A stretch of DNA of 64,000 nt. It comes from Dicyema japonicum. Taxonomy: Eukaryota > Animalia > Dicyemida. Position 1 is the stretch's first letter, and every line of letters begins with the position of its first letter. The stretch spans positions 828,543 to 892,542 of the forward strand of contig RDEW01000025.1 of the NCBI GenBank assembly GCA_011109175.1. The letters run 5' to 3'. The translations under genes and the position numbers were made by a program. Positions 11,691 through 24,128 of the stretch are shown here, piece after piece. The notes beneath the pieces were generated by a model. It searched no databases. It had not been told where the DNA came from and saw only the letters and a program-made list of their open reading frames with translations.

Positions 11691-13399
11691 TAATACTAAA
11701 AATTACTTTTTTGTGCTTAATCGTGGCTTCCTTCTATCCAGGAAAAGTATCCTTGGCTTTATGATAGATGAAGTAGTTGTCTCTTTCTCTCGATTATATA
11801 TGTGGTAGACACTAGAAACCTTGAGATAGCCAAGTGGTCAATTGGGCTCTGCTGAGCTAGTGACGTATCTCTCTTGCACAAAATCTTTGAGGTGTTCGCA
11901 CGCTGTGGATTTATATCGACTCGTTGCTTGGAGAACTTGTCTTTCTACGACTGAGACCATAGGAACTGAATACACCTGATTGTCAAATATCACGTGGTAT
12001 GTTTGAAATAGTGTTGAATTGTAACTCCTCAAGGAACAAAATAGCATGAAACTCGGATATCAATAAAAACGGAGAGAATCAAATACCACTGAGTTTATCT
12101 TGGATGGGAGGTATCTGTTAGTATCTTCAAAAAATCTCTTCGTCGATATGGGTTATAAAGGAATGTTGGCTATTTCGGTCCCTTGGCTTCTCTACACAGC
12201 TTTGCGCAGACAAATCTTCTTCGGAAAACTGGCTATTGAGCGATTGGGAGAAGTGCTCTTTAAAGAAAAACAGTCAGTACCTCCTACCCCCAGCCCTTTA
12301 AATGAAGAAAATCAGTGTCTGGAGCGGAAAGTCGAAGTGGAGTTGGGTAAGGAGAAGTATGAGACGTTTTGTGCTTGTCAAAGAAACAACTCCGATTGTT
12401 CAGTACTTCTCAATTCGAAAACATATATTGTTTAGTATTTTTTGATTAATTTTAAATTTAAATTAAATTTGGGTTTTATAAAATTTTTAATAAATATTTT
12501 TGAAATGATAGCAGGATCGGCTCTTTGTGGTGTTTTAAAAAGACCGATTGACAATTTTAAGATGTTCTCAAAATTTTTCCTGGAAAGACACTTATATGTG
12601 TCTGAACCGATCATTAGAGTAAGTCATTTGTTTAAAATCCCAGGTTAAATCCGAGGCCGAAGAATACGAGAAGTTATGCTTCTACGCTTCAGGGTATGAC
12701 TATCCCACGTTACTATCATATGTGAAGTACATGGATAAGTTTCTACGGTCAGTCAATGCAGAAATATCCGACCGGTAGTAAAAACATTTAATTTCTTTGG
12801 TATCCCGTCCCTCGAGGACATTTAACGTGAAAAACTACGAGTGGGGATCCCTGAAGGTCAAATCGTCGTACAAATTGACTCGTTACAAGCACTGCATAGA
12901 AGTCTAAGCTAACTAATCCAAAGGTTGACAACGTGTGCTCTCTCTTACTTCCGATCTACCTCCAATTTCTTCACTGCAATTTGCCTTCAGGGGTAAATCT
13001 CACTGTGAAAGAGGTTTTCGGTGTTTTTTTGATTTTCTAGCTTACTGAGGAGGATAGTCACTTCAGATATATCCCTCAGGTCAAGCTTAATGAATTGAAG
13101 GCGCAACTTACGGAACTGACGAAAAGGAAGTGATATTATATTTAATTATTTTTTGTTATTTTTAATTAAAAAATTGTTATTTAATTTTAAATAAATTATT
13201 TTAAAATTAAATGACCGCGTTCTTGTTTGTATTTCTTTCACCGTGTCCTTGGATTCTAAGTACATAAATCGAAATTAAAGTTTAACATTTTTTGTATATT
13301 TGAGGTGGAAACTTTCTCTTTTATATTTGTATAAATTTGAATAACATGGTGGCTGAAAAATCTTTGGCTAAAACGGAAAGGATATAACATAAAACAAAG

Positions 13400-13830
13400 G
13401 ATTATGTTATACGACACTTTCATCAAACCAATTCTACTATACAACTCTGGGACCTGGGCCACCTCTAAAGAGGAATTGGAGAGGCTAGACTCATTTCACA
13501 GGAATCATCTAAGAAACACTGGAACTGGAATGCGGATGGACTGTACAATAAGTGTGTCTGTATACCATTAAGCCACGAGATCATTAGCTCTCGTTGGAGA
13601 CTTTTTGGACACGTCCTGAGGTTGGACCCGATATCCCCTCCGAATATCGCAATGGAAGATTACTACTCCTCCAATGTAAAACGCTTTCGTGGAAGACCGA
13701 GAACTACCCTCCGGTCGTTCTACAAAACGATCTGAAAGCCGTGAAGAAAACATTGGCATCTGGTGACGATCTGGACTCACTGAGGGACCTAGCAAAGAAC
13801 AGAAGAGCTTGGAGCAACCTAACTAATTCT
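13400..13830 (+). mobile_element. RTE-clade LINE 3' fragment
   Basis: KPILLYNSGTWA...LDSFHR...RWRLFGHVLR...FRGRPRTTLR; matches 38363-39290. Confidence 0.85.
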
Positions 13831-13889
13831 CTTATTTTTTTGCTGCACAGGTCTCAAATTAGTTCACTGAATCTCTTTAAAAAAAGTTG

Positions 13890-14520
13890 AGAAGGTTATG
13901 GTCTTTTTGATGTGAGCACTCGCTTTTTACAGGTGCCAAGTGAAGAATATTTAGAATACTATGACTTTGGATGAGGATGGTTCTAAATACTTATAGTGGT
14001 AATTGGAGGGAAACTGAATTGGATGAGGAAAAAGTAGATAACGATGAGTGGAGATTAACTCCTTTACGAAGAGGAGGTTGATCAATGACCTTCTCAATTA
14101 TGATTTGTCAGATTCTATTACCCACTTACTCAACCCGTTCGCTCATTGAAGAGTTAAGTTGGAGGAAACTTGTCTGTATTGTACAAAATGTCTTCATCAT
14201 GAATGTGACCACTTGTCTCCTCTGCTCATTGTATGGACGAAGTGGTGGATTGAGATGTCGGATATTCCAAGTCTCATGATTAAAGAAACCCCAACTGTGC
14301 CAATCATCAGTCTTCGAGTTCTGTCTGACTAGGAATTTTGGGCATCCTACATCTGCTGCTTTTGGCGGATGATCCCCCCAAGTTCTTTCATTTTTCGGAT
14401 GATCCTCTCATCATACGTGCATCCGTCGCTTCCCTTATTTAGAACATCGGGTTTCCAATATCCTCAGATTTCTCACCCCACCTGAGGCTTCTGAGAAGAA
14501 AGCAGTGGTTTTCATCCCTC
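13890..14520 (+). mobile_element. Penelope-like element remnant
   Basis: FDVSTRFLQVP resembles the Penelope RT motif SFDVxSLFTxVP; later SAHC...LMIKETP resembles the GIY-YIG tail; very degenerate. Confidence 0.4.
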
Positions 14521-14761
14521 ATGAGGACAAGTGTTCATTTACTGCAATAGAGATGCCTCCCCACCACCAATCAGTCGAAAATTCTAAGAGATTCAATAAA
14601 ACTTGACAACTCTTGTAATCCTCAGCGACTTCTAGAAAGTTCTATGCCTGATTGTGACATATTCGTACATTTTCCCGCTCATCTGTGGAATGCAAATTAG
14701 TGCGACATTAGTGGTTAGTGATTCTATAAATTGATAAGCGATTTTAGATGACCTCAAAATT

Positions 14762-15223
14762 ATGAGAAAGGGTATATATTCAGGCAAATTTAGACACATT
14801 TAAGTACTCCCTCTCAAGTGTGCTGAACAGATCTCTGGTCCATGAGAGCTCCGTGAAAGAATAGAACTCATGGGAATACATACAGATTGGGGCCCACTAA
14901 GAGGAAAATGTTCAACAAGGAATTGTTTAAGAGGACACCTGAAATCGATGTTATCTAAATTCTCGGACGTGAGTATGACTGTGCGAGAAGTTTCTAACGC
15001 AATTAAGAGGATTTCTGCTCAGGTTCTCGAATTTGCGAAAATTTGTGGTTCACAAAGATACAAGCACGTGGTTCATGTCACAATCGGAAAAGGTCATAAT
15101 TCTGGTATCATCATTGGATCGTCGAGTTTGAAAGACAGTGAGTGGGACTGTTGTGTTGAAGAAACGCTCTCAAACCCTAAGATTTTCATTTGTGTGGTGG
15201 TTTACACTTTATTTAAGATATAA
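14762..15223 (+). CDS. Tctex1-domain dynein light chain (TCTEX1D-like), copy 1, frameshifted
   Basis: NTYRLGP...RYKHVVHVTIGKGHNSGIIIGSSSL...WDCC...FICVVVYTLF; 22-nt intron 14772-14793; indels in the 5' half. Confidence 0.75.
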
Positions 15224-16145
15224 TTTTTCCGTAATAAAGTTTTAACAGGAAACTGACCGGATAAGACCAATAGCCTAGATGAGGCAACACCATGAAAGCG
15301 AATCACGTGGGGACGTGAGATATATCCTGCACTTCTGTCATCATCAACATCATACAACCATACAGTCTGACCTCGTTTGAGGAAACCCAACTGGGGGGAA
15401 CGAAATATGCTATTTCTAAAAGAAGTCTATACCGACTGAAAATGAAAGGGGCAGATATCCAATGTGAACGTGCTGTCTGATGGGTTAAGTGGTGCCAATC
15501 AAAAACGGAGATTTTTCGTCTCTGAGATGCAAAGGTTACCCGATCAATTGACTAACATTAAACTTATTGCTTGTAAATTGAAAATGGGCACTCAAATGGA
15601 CTTAAGGGCCACTCAACACCTAACACACTTGTCCAATTCATTTCTTAGTCCCTGAATACTCCCGATCCACACGAGAGAAGATTACCTGTTTATGTGAAAA
15701 TATAGAAGGCTTTCGATTCAGTATCCCTGAAGATCCTCACCAAAAAACATTTCATAACGTCGAACACTCCAAACTATGGTTAGTTAACTCCATCAACGGT
15801 CTCATGGGGATCATCTCGAAAAGGATCTCCTGTGTGAGAGGCGTACCACAGAGCTTGATCCTGAGCCCGATCATGGATATGTTTGGCAAGTCGACCTTAT
15901 CTGAAGGGAGACTCAGAGAATACATATGAATGTTCAAACCTGGTGTCACGTGGAGATGCCTGAGACTCTCCACGGAAAAATCGAACTCCTTAAGGATAAG
16001 TCGGATCAGAGGATAACATGAACACTTATACACCAAGACAGTGAGGAGAGAGCATTCAATATGTTCCTTGGGAGTTACATTTGAGGACATAAGTAGTTCG
16101 GATCGCTTAATCTATAATTGAGGAACATGGGGTCGCCAAAACAGG

Positions 16146-16620
16146 TTAGGGAGCATATTGATAGTTTCTACTCTGGGAGGCACTCAATATACGATACACT
16201 ACGAAAATCCCCTTGGTCGGGTGCATACTCTCCAAAGTCTTTTGTAGCACTACCGTCTCATCCAACTTGAAGGCATCCAGGTGTCTCTTAAAGAATCTGG
16301 AGACAATTCCATCCCAGTTGATGACCACGGCGATTATTTTCACTTTTGCGGACAATCTCAAGTTCGTTCGCCAGTAGGTCATGCAACTTTTCTACCTCGG
16401 CTGCTTGTATATCAGCTAATTGATTTGCTCTCCTCAATATCTTCTGTCAGAATCCCTAGATCTCGAATGGAGGATATTTTTAATCAAAATGCTTGGAGAT
16501 GCGAGGAAAATGCGTTTTGATCAATATTTTCCAATCGGAAGTGTTTAGAGATATCTCGACTACGATACATTCACCATCTGAATTTCCATATCAAAACGTG
16601 CACTTGAAAATGGTTGATGA
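16146..16620 (-). mobile_element. NeSL/R4-like retrotransposon endonuclease 3' fragment
   Basis: KVKIIAVVINWDGIVSRFFKRHL...QKTLESM, typical of the C-terminus of these elements. Confidence 0.6.
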
Positions 16621-16915
16621 TCCTTTTATGTACCGCCTGGCTCTGGGCGCTACCTGAGACAGTGACGCTAGTAGGAAAAAAAGAAGGCAGAACAGACAAA
16701 ACAACAGAAAACTTCAATCAATTAAGGTGCCACGCGGCTATATCTTTTTAAGAGACTGAGACAACTAGCTACACTCAAAGGTGACATCCGTGAAACACAG
16801 TGGCTCCATTGCATTGTGAAAGGAAAATTAAAAAAAATAGAAAATATTTAAAACGTGTGAATAATCAATATTTAATTAATTTAAATTAACTGGTTGATGA
16901 TGATAAAAAATTTTA

Positions 16916-17391
16916 ATGACTCGTAACGATCCTCTTGCTGATGCTCTCAAATGTGTCACCAACGCTGAGAGAAAGGGAAAGAGGCAGGTCATCATCCCTG
17001 CTTCGAAAATGATAGTCCAGTTTCTAAGGATGATGCAGAAATATCGTAGCATTTTGACATTCAATTTATAGTGTATATCTCCAGTTTTGAGTTGGTGGTC
17101 GCCAATGGCTCGAACAAGATTGTCGTCAATTTCGTTGGAGGGATCAATCGAGTAGAATTCAAATTTATGCTTTAGTGTGGAGTTATAAAGCCACGTTTTG
17201 ACGTAGCTGACGTAGACATTGAGTAGTGGACCACCAACCTACTGCCATCTCGTCAGTTCGGGTTTTGTTGGTCTCTTATCTTTAGACACGTTATATTTAC
17301 CACTTCCAAGGGAGTCGTTGAACACGGGTATGCAAGGAAGAACAAAGTTGGTGGAAAGATCCTTGGATTTTTCTATCAAGTTCTTATTTGA
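16916..17391 (+). pseudogene. RPS15A: 40S ribosomal protein S15a (uS8) copy with 3 mini-introns, an in-frame TAG and a lost terminal stop
   Basis: Spliced (17046-17071, 17152-17175, 17262-17285): [27 protein letters not shown]...CGVIKPRFDV...[14 protein letters not shown]...[10 protein letters not shown]; TAG at 17224-17226. Confidence 0.85.
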
Positions 17392-17699
17392 ACCATTTTT
17401 CTAAAATAATCTATTTTTTTATGGGCGAGATGACGGACTCGGGAGTCATTGGAAACCCAAAGTCCTGAAGTAAGCGTCTAATTCACACAGATCCACATTC
17501 GAACACAGTCCAATCCAAAACTGAAAGAAGTCGAAGGATCATCTATCAGAAGCTTCACGGATGATAATTAGCTCAGACATGCGTTGATGACTTAAGCGCT
17601 TTTCACAGAAAACAAGTAAGGTTCCTGCAAACCGTTTTATGGAGTCTACTTCCTCTGCTAAGAGGCTTTTAGAGGGAAGTCAAGAACAACGTAGTCATC

Positions 17700-18633
17700 A
17701 ATAAGGACACTAGAAGACTCGGGTGATATATACCAGGGGTTCTCGACCTTTTTTTACTCGTCGACTCTTTGACTTTTCATATGGAATCTTCTTGTCATCC
17801 AAAAATAATTTGACTACGGAAAAAATTGAAAATCCAGTCGTATCAGTTTCCAAATTTGACGAATAATAATCTTCTCTAAGATGAGCATGCTCGTCAAAAT
17901 ATCTTAAAGGGTAAGCTTCTAATAAGATTAACCTGAGATATCCCATTAGAATTGATTGGTTGTCACACATATGACTTTCGTCAATTTGAAGCAAAAAATA
18001 GTATTTTTAAGCCTTTCACATAAAATATGTTCAACATTATCTGACATTTCGTCAATCCTGCGGCGAATTGAATCATTGTTAATTGGCACGGATTTTAAAA
18101 TTTCGTCGGGATTTTATCAGATCTGATCACTGATGTAGATGGTTTGATGAGATTTTCACCAGAAACATGGGAACTCTCATTTTTGGCAATAATCATTGCA
18201 ATTTTATAAATTGCAATTAGTCTTCCTAAATGTAATTTAAAATAACAACTATTGTTTTTTTCATTACTATTTGTAAAAACAATGTCAATCGTTTTTTGTT
18301 TACTTAAAGAATCCTTTAATTTTTCAAAATACTCTAATGGTTTATCTTTTTTATCCAAATGCCAAATATTCATTTTTACATTGACGAATTTTTAATGTAG
18401 AAGGACGACTCATACACTAACAAAAACAAGCATGGTAATTTTAAAATTTTAAAGAACAAAGGTTTGCCACTTTAAAAATAAACTAACTTAATTTAAAATT
18501 TAAAAAGAAAAAAATTTAATATATTAAATTTATTTTCGACCCCCAAGTATTTTATTTTCGACTCCCTTTGGATCGATCTGGATTGATTTCAGACCTCAGG
18601 GGGTCGAATCGACCCCAGGTTGAGACAGTATTG
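17700..18633 (-). mobile_element. hAT Buster/ZBED5-like DNA transposon, 5' part with one terminus
   Basis: KPLEYF...YKIAMIIAK...GENLIKP...NNDSIRRRIDEMS...LQIDES...TTGFSIF; terminus caatactgtctcaacctggggtcga resembles Buster TIRs; mini-introns 17903-17932 and 18226-18249. Confidence 0.85.
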
Positions 18634-20079
18634 AATTAATAATAAAATAATTAACATATAAAATCCTTAAAACGTGTAAATAATCAATTCTTAAAAAATA
18701 TAAATTAATTGGTCGGCGGTGAAAAAGGGAGGTTGGTATTATGAATCCATGTTCGAATAAATGGTGGAAAATGGAAGATATGTGATCAAAGTGTATAAAA
18801 TTACATTAATTGTTAGATCATAATATTTAAAATATTTTAATAATTAATTTTTGATATAATTAAATTTAAATTTGATTTTAATTAACTTCAAATGCATTCA
18901 CAGTTTCCTGGGAGATTTGTCCCTCACAATTGCTTATAACCGAAGCATTTGGTAGAATTAGAGTTATAATTCGTGATGTGATCTGTAAATTAAAAATGAC
19001 GATTATAAACCATTTACTTTTCGAGATATCATAACATAATTTGATTCATATTTCGTTTAATTTCATGTGATATATACGCACTTCAAAATTCTCGTATAAC
19101 AAATTTTCTTCATATTTTAGAATGTCGGTTGACAATATTAATGTTTGAGTCATTTAATGGAGTTAGCATTACTAATTCTCGTGAGGAGACTCTCAAATGT
19201 TATTAATAGCCTTATTCATATCTGGCTATTAATCGAAATAGTGTTTATCAACCATTTACTGTTCGAGGTATCATAATAGAATTTCTTTCAAAATTCGTTT
19301 GATCTCGATATTCACATATTAGTGCCTTCACAATATTATTACTCCTAATAACTCTCTACGGATGTCCACTGTTCAATGACAATTTATCTAAATTTACATA
19401 AATGTACTTATTTTAACTCTTACGTATATATCTTTGTGTACCAGTCCAATCTGACTAGTGTTTACAGCTCATTATAGTTAGCCTATATTTATGTTAAATG
19501 TTACTTAATTATCACATTTATTGTCTAATAATTACTTCATTACAGTAATACTCATTCCGAGTATCACTTCCACCTATGCCCTCGAGACAAATAAAGGAAA
19601 ATCGCGGTGTGCCAAAAAGACGAATTTCCAAATTCTCAATTGAAATCGGCTGAAAGAGAACTTGTTCATCAAAGATCAATATTCCCTCCTTTTAAGTTCA
19701 CCGACAATGACAAACTCTGAATCATGCACACTAAGAATTACGTACTTTTGGTAGTTGCTTGGTAAGGGAGGGAGTTTGGTTTGTTCGCTAGACAGGGAGA
19801 AATCAAACTCAGCTTACGATTTATGACTAATCAAGTGTACCAAGTTCCACGGCGCACGGGGAGAAATGCGTGTATCCAAAAACGCAGTTGTGAAATTCTC
19901 TTAAAGAAATGATCTAGGAGTAAAGGAGAGCAATTGCCCTGTCACTGGGCTTCCTGAGGAAGGTGGGTCATATAACGTCACGATAATTGAACGAAGGAAA
20001 AAGGCACAGACAATAATGAGATTTGTGGGTCCTAGGTTCGCACGTGTTAGAAAAAAAATTATGTTATTGCACTAACTAA

Positions 20080-20215
20080 TCGCTCCAGTTCCTCAAGAAG
20101 CTGAGGCATCTGACTACACTCAAAAGCCACGACGTACATGAGGCCCAGTGGTTGCTCCAGTTGATCTCCGTTGCAAATGTGAGAGGCAACGCTAGGTCTA
20201 TTAAGTCGACGGGGA
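20080..20215 (+). mobile_element. CRE-like 3' terminal fragment
   Basis: LQFLKKLRHLTTLKSHDVHEAQWLLQLISVANVRGNARSI, similar to 48267..48488. Confidence 0.75.
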
Positions 20216-20773
20216 CTGAATAATACTAAATCTCTGACTAACTTAGATCAGAATCCACTTGGTAAGGAAGGCCATGGAAGAAAAGCTGTTAATCTCAAAG
20301 AATTTCTAATTCTGGTTCACTAATGTAAAGACCGGAAAGAGGTCAGATCTCGCACACTGTGACATAGCTCTGATACATCTCTTCAAGGTGGATATAACCT
20401 ACCGTCCCCCTTCTTAATGGACTCAAGATATCGGAAACTAAAATTCTGAAATGAGTTCATGTACCCTTAGCCTACTTCCACCACGGTCACAATGCGACTT
20501 TACACGATTTAGAACAGAATCGGAGAATCAGTACCCTTCCTGCCTTCCAGACCACAAGGCCGCCTCCTTTCTTTTCCTAGTCGGCCTTCTATCTTTGCGC
20601 CTCACCAGATACACTTGACTGATCTCTGAGACTGTCCACCTTCGATTAAATTTCTCTTTCCACAACATAAATCAAGTTTGTTAGCAATAAATCATTTAAA
20701 CTGACACAATTGCTTCCTGCGGTTTGCACGACAAAAATCGACTTTAATACGAATTTTGAATGAATTTAGAAAA

Positions 20774-21254
20774 ATGAAGAAAAAAAGTACCGTTCGCCTT
20801 GTAACACCGTAGGTACCTTCCAGTCACTCACATTCAAATATTTGTTGTCCAGACCATCAACGTTTGGCTTGAGGAACAAGTCGACTGCATCCCCCTGGGG
20901 GTTTGAGAATACATATCGACTGGAACCCGTTCGAGGTGAGACTTTGAACACAAAATTACTCAAACAGCATGTGAATTTGCTTTTATCGGAGTATTCAAGC
21001 TCCAAATACGATCCTTCATTGACCCCCCATATAACGAAAAAAATTGCTTCCACAGTTCTTCAAATCGCTAAATCTTGTGGATCCCCTCGGTATAAGCACG
21101 TTGTCACGTGACAATCCAAGAAAGTGCTAATCAAGGGACAATTGCGGCTTCCGGGTGCTTACGACAGGCGGAATCCGATCTCTGCGTATGTGAGTCATTG
21201 ACTACAAGAAGTCTCTCCATATTTGTGATAGTTTATTCGTTATATTCCTGCTGA
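20774..21254 (+). CDS. Tctex1-domain dynein light chain (TCTEX1D-like), copy 2
   Basis: ATG 20774, 26-nt intron 20787-20812, FENTYRLEP...KYDP...PRYKHVV; one missing base near 21104 would restore HVTIQE...SGCL...DLCVC...VYSLYSC*. Confidence 0.8.
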
Positions 21255-21354
21255 CATTTTGAATTTGATTATCTTTACCCTTATTTTATATTCCCCCAAA
21301 TATCGGTGGATATCCCCTCCTGTTGATTACTTGGGGGCTGTTTCTTCTCATATA

Positions 21355-22022
21355 GCATTATTAGGACGACCTACAGCGAATCGAGAACGAAAGTTGGAGT
21401 ATTGAAGTCGATTAGTATTTGTATATTAGGGGGTTGCTTCCGGGAGACCAAAGTCTTTGGGCTCCGGGGGAAGTATGGTTGCAATGAACTAAACTTAAAG
21501 GACTTGACGGAAAAGAATCACAAGGAGTGAAGCCTGCGGCTCAATTTGACTCAACACAAAAAACTCACTCGGGGGTAGTGGTGGATGGTCGCTGCTGGTT
21601 GGTGGAGTGATCTGTTTGGTCAATGAACGAGACTCAACCCTACTTACTAGTTGTTCGATTCTAGTCCTTCGACTTCTTAGAGGACTCACTGTTTAAAGCA
21701 CTTGAAAGTGATCATTAACGGGCCTTTGATTACCTCAGACGTTAGGGGTTGCACGTGTCTTGCTTAGCAAAGTTAAACCTTAAAATTTCTACGTGACAGG
21801 AATCGAGACTTGTAATTACTCCTTGTACACAAGGAACTCCTAGTAATCGCAGGTAGCCTGCAGTGATTACGTCCCTCCCCTTCGTATCGCCTGTCGCTAC
21901 TATCGATGAATGATTTGGTGAGGTTGTTGGATCTTGTCCTTTGTGGATACGAGTATACACCCGAGCCTACTGATTTAAAGGAAGTAAATAAAGGTTTCTG
22001 TAGGTGAACCAGCAGAAGGATA
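21355..22022 (+). pseudogene. Decayed 3' half of 18S rRNA
   Basis: Recognisable SSU motifs in order (agaacgaaagt, aaacttaaagga.ttgacgg, gcctgcggctcaatttgactcaacac, ggtggagtgat, aacgagact, ttcttagagg, gattacgtccct, gtaggtgaacc.gcagaagga) with many deletions and substitutions. Confidence 0.9.
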
Positions 22023-22329
22023 AACGGTTATGTGCAGGCTTGTTGGTAAGCTAAGCCCAGAGAGGTGCAGTGCGTTAGTGCCTACTGTACTTCATATAGA
22101 GCAACCAACATAGTAGTTAGGTTACCCCCGTCTCACTAACTTGTAGGAGGCCAGAGGCAGTTTGTGACAAATGATCCTCCAAATTCAATATTGGCTGAAC
22201 AAGTTGTGAGTTCGGATTTTGTGTGGATTCAACACTTTCTCTTTCAGCCTGCCATGGTAATGACCAAGCACATGCAACTCGAGAAACTAGTGACGATGTA
22301 ATCTTCCTTCACTTACCCCTGTCATAAGC

Positions 22330-22530
22330 GAGCTCTCGTAGTCATCCAGATCCTCTCCCTCTTTTAAGCGTCTTCCAGTCTTTTGGAGGTCTCCGTTGAG
22401 GAGTATCGTGACGATAGTCCTCGGAATCGTGGAGCGTCAGAGGCGAATAGTCCTCCATGGCCACGCTAGCTGGGGCCTCCAGGTCCATTCACAGAACGTC
22501 TCCAAAGAGCCTTCATCTAGCCTCACGTGT
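22330..22530 (-). mobile_element. RTE 3' fragment
   Basis: RLFGDVL...PASVAMEDY...FRG; RTE tail also seen at 44340-44430. Confidence 0.6.
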
Positions 22531-22606
22531 TATATTTTAAATTCAATTAACGGCCAATTAAACGATTAATTCTCATTATTTAAACAGAATTGAACGTTCG
22601 TCGACG

Positions 22607-23041
22607 ATGGCAACGACGAAGGAGAAAATAAAGAAAATCAAGTTATCCTCTGTTTTTGAATTTAGAGACAACATGACTCCACAAAGACACTCTTTCGGGG
22701 ACAGCAGTTTCGCAGAATTAGAGAATAAAAAAATTCCCGTCAATCTAGACAAACACGTGAATATGAATCATACAGCAAAGGTAGAGAACATGAAGAAGAT
22801 CAAAAATAATATTTTCGAGAAAAAGAAGGAGAAATATGAAAGTCTTAAGGCGAATATTCCGCAGAATAAACAGTCAAACATAAAATGTGTCTCATTTGAC
22901 CCAACATACACGAAACCGTTCAATTCAAAGACTTATAATATGAAGGACTTTAAAAAACGTCATTTCAGCAAAATGATTGACGCTGAGCGAAGTAAGAGCT
23001 TCGAATTGAGCGGGAAAGTCGAGGATTTCTTAAAATTTTAG
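22607..23041 (+). CDS. Hypothetical Lys-rich protein, 144 aa, intronless
   Basis: Uninterrupted ATG-to-TAG ORF after an AT-rich upstream tract; no recognisable domain. Confidence 0.45.
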   Translation: MATTKEKIKKIKLSSVFEFRDNMTPQRHSFGDSSFAELENKKIPVNLDKHVNMNHTAKVENMKKIKNNIFEKKKEKYESLKANIPQNKQSNIKCVSFDPTYTKPFNSKTYNMKDFKKRHFSKMIDAERSKSFELSGKVEDFLKF

Positions 23042-23390
23042 TTTAATGAGTGACTTTATCTAATATTTTCCTTTTTCTCCTCAGGGAGACCTACTGCTCC
23101 AGTTGTAGCCAGGCGGAGTTTGAACCCAGATATTAGAGCATCTGATACTTCCTTGTTTTAATATTTGGGGGTCTTCTGTCTCACGAGTCCATTAAGCACG
23201 AGAAATTATATCCACCTTGAAGTGATGGGCCTTATAGTGTGCTAGAACAATGCCATAGCGCGCCAGACATAGGCTCAGTCTTCCGATCGATTAACCCCGG
23301 GGCTAGTCAAGCGTATTAGGCGTCTATCAACTCTGTCATTCCATCAATTCACGTTAAAGATGAGGGCGAAGCGATGAACGTGAGTGTCAC

Positions 23391-23700
23391 TCACTCATAA
23401 AGATTCAGCACGTGCCTTATTTGTATACAAGATAGCACTACTCTTATTAGCGTCTGCATGATCCTCGATACAAGTCTTTTCCAACCTCTCCTGTTTGATG
23501 CCAGGCTCCGAGGATTACTGAGGTTTTCACTGTCCCGTAGTGTTATGTACACTGGTCTCAGGTCTCCATTCAGAACTTCGCGGAGTATTGTACGTGGACG
23601 ACCTCGGAACTTCTCCACAGACGTTTGTTGACGTGTCCCCACTTTCCAAGACGTCGTATATTCGATGTCTTCCGAGTCCATCAATTCTTCCATCTACACG
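23391..23700 (-). mobile_element. RTE 3' fragment
   Basis: KFRGRPRTILREVLNGDL...LASNRRGWKRLV. Confidence 0.7.
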
Positions 23701-23739
23701 AAAATGGAAAGAGAAGTCATAGCCAGGTACATCCTCACC

Positions 23740-24110
23740 TCATCACCGGACCGGATGACCCCTAGAACCGCTGGTCCCGAAGACGCTAAATCTTAGAAAA
23801 ACCGCAAAATCAACGCCTACACAGTTGAACATGGTAATATAAAAGTTTTATAGCAGCAACAGACTTGGACTTTATCAGATCCCCCGAACGAGCCATAACT
23901 CCCATTTTTCTATAATCGTCCCAGCATTCCAAATAAACGCAGACGTCTAAAACTAACCAAATTATTAACCTGAAGACCGCGTGGGGACTCTTCGATAGAA
24001 ATACCTCCACTTATTACTCCTCGCTACCCTCTTGAACGCCTTGATTGGGCCAAATTCGAATATTTCCGCTGGAAATGCCGAATAAACGACGGTAAGAATT
24101 TCCTCGAAGT
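23740..24110 (-). mobile_element. Ty3/Gypsy RT remnant
   Basis: SKSPHA...DYRKM...YYHVQL resembles degenerate SPxA...DYRxLN...YHQV. Confidence 0.45.
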
Positions 24111-24128
24111 AATTTCCGTTTAATTTGT

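Noticed and set aside
11700-12435. Host genes in ORFs 11838..12047 and 12100..12435
   Set aside because: No recognisable family; may be integrase-like TE debris, but I cannot support a call.
17224-17226. TAG stop-codon reassignment
   Set aside because: TAG, TAA and TGA all end genes in this window, and clean genes have no internal TAG/TAA.
21355-22022. Functional rRNA gene
   Set aside because: The 5' half is missing, universally conserved helices are deleted, and no 5.8S/28S follows.
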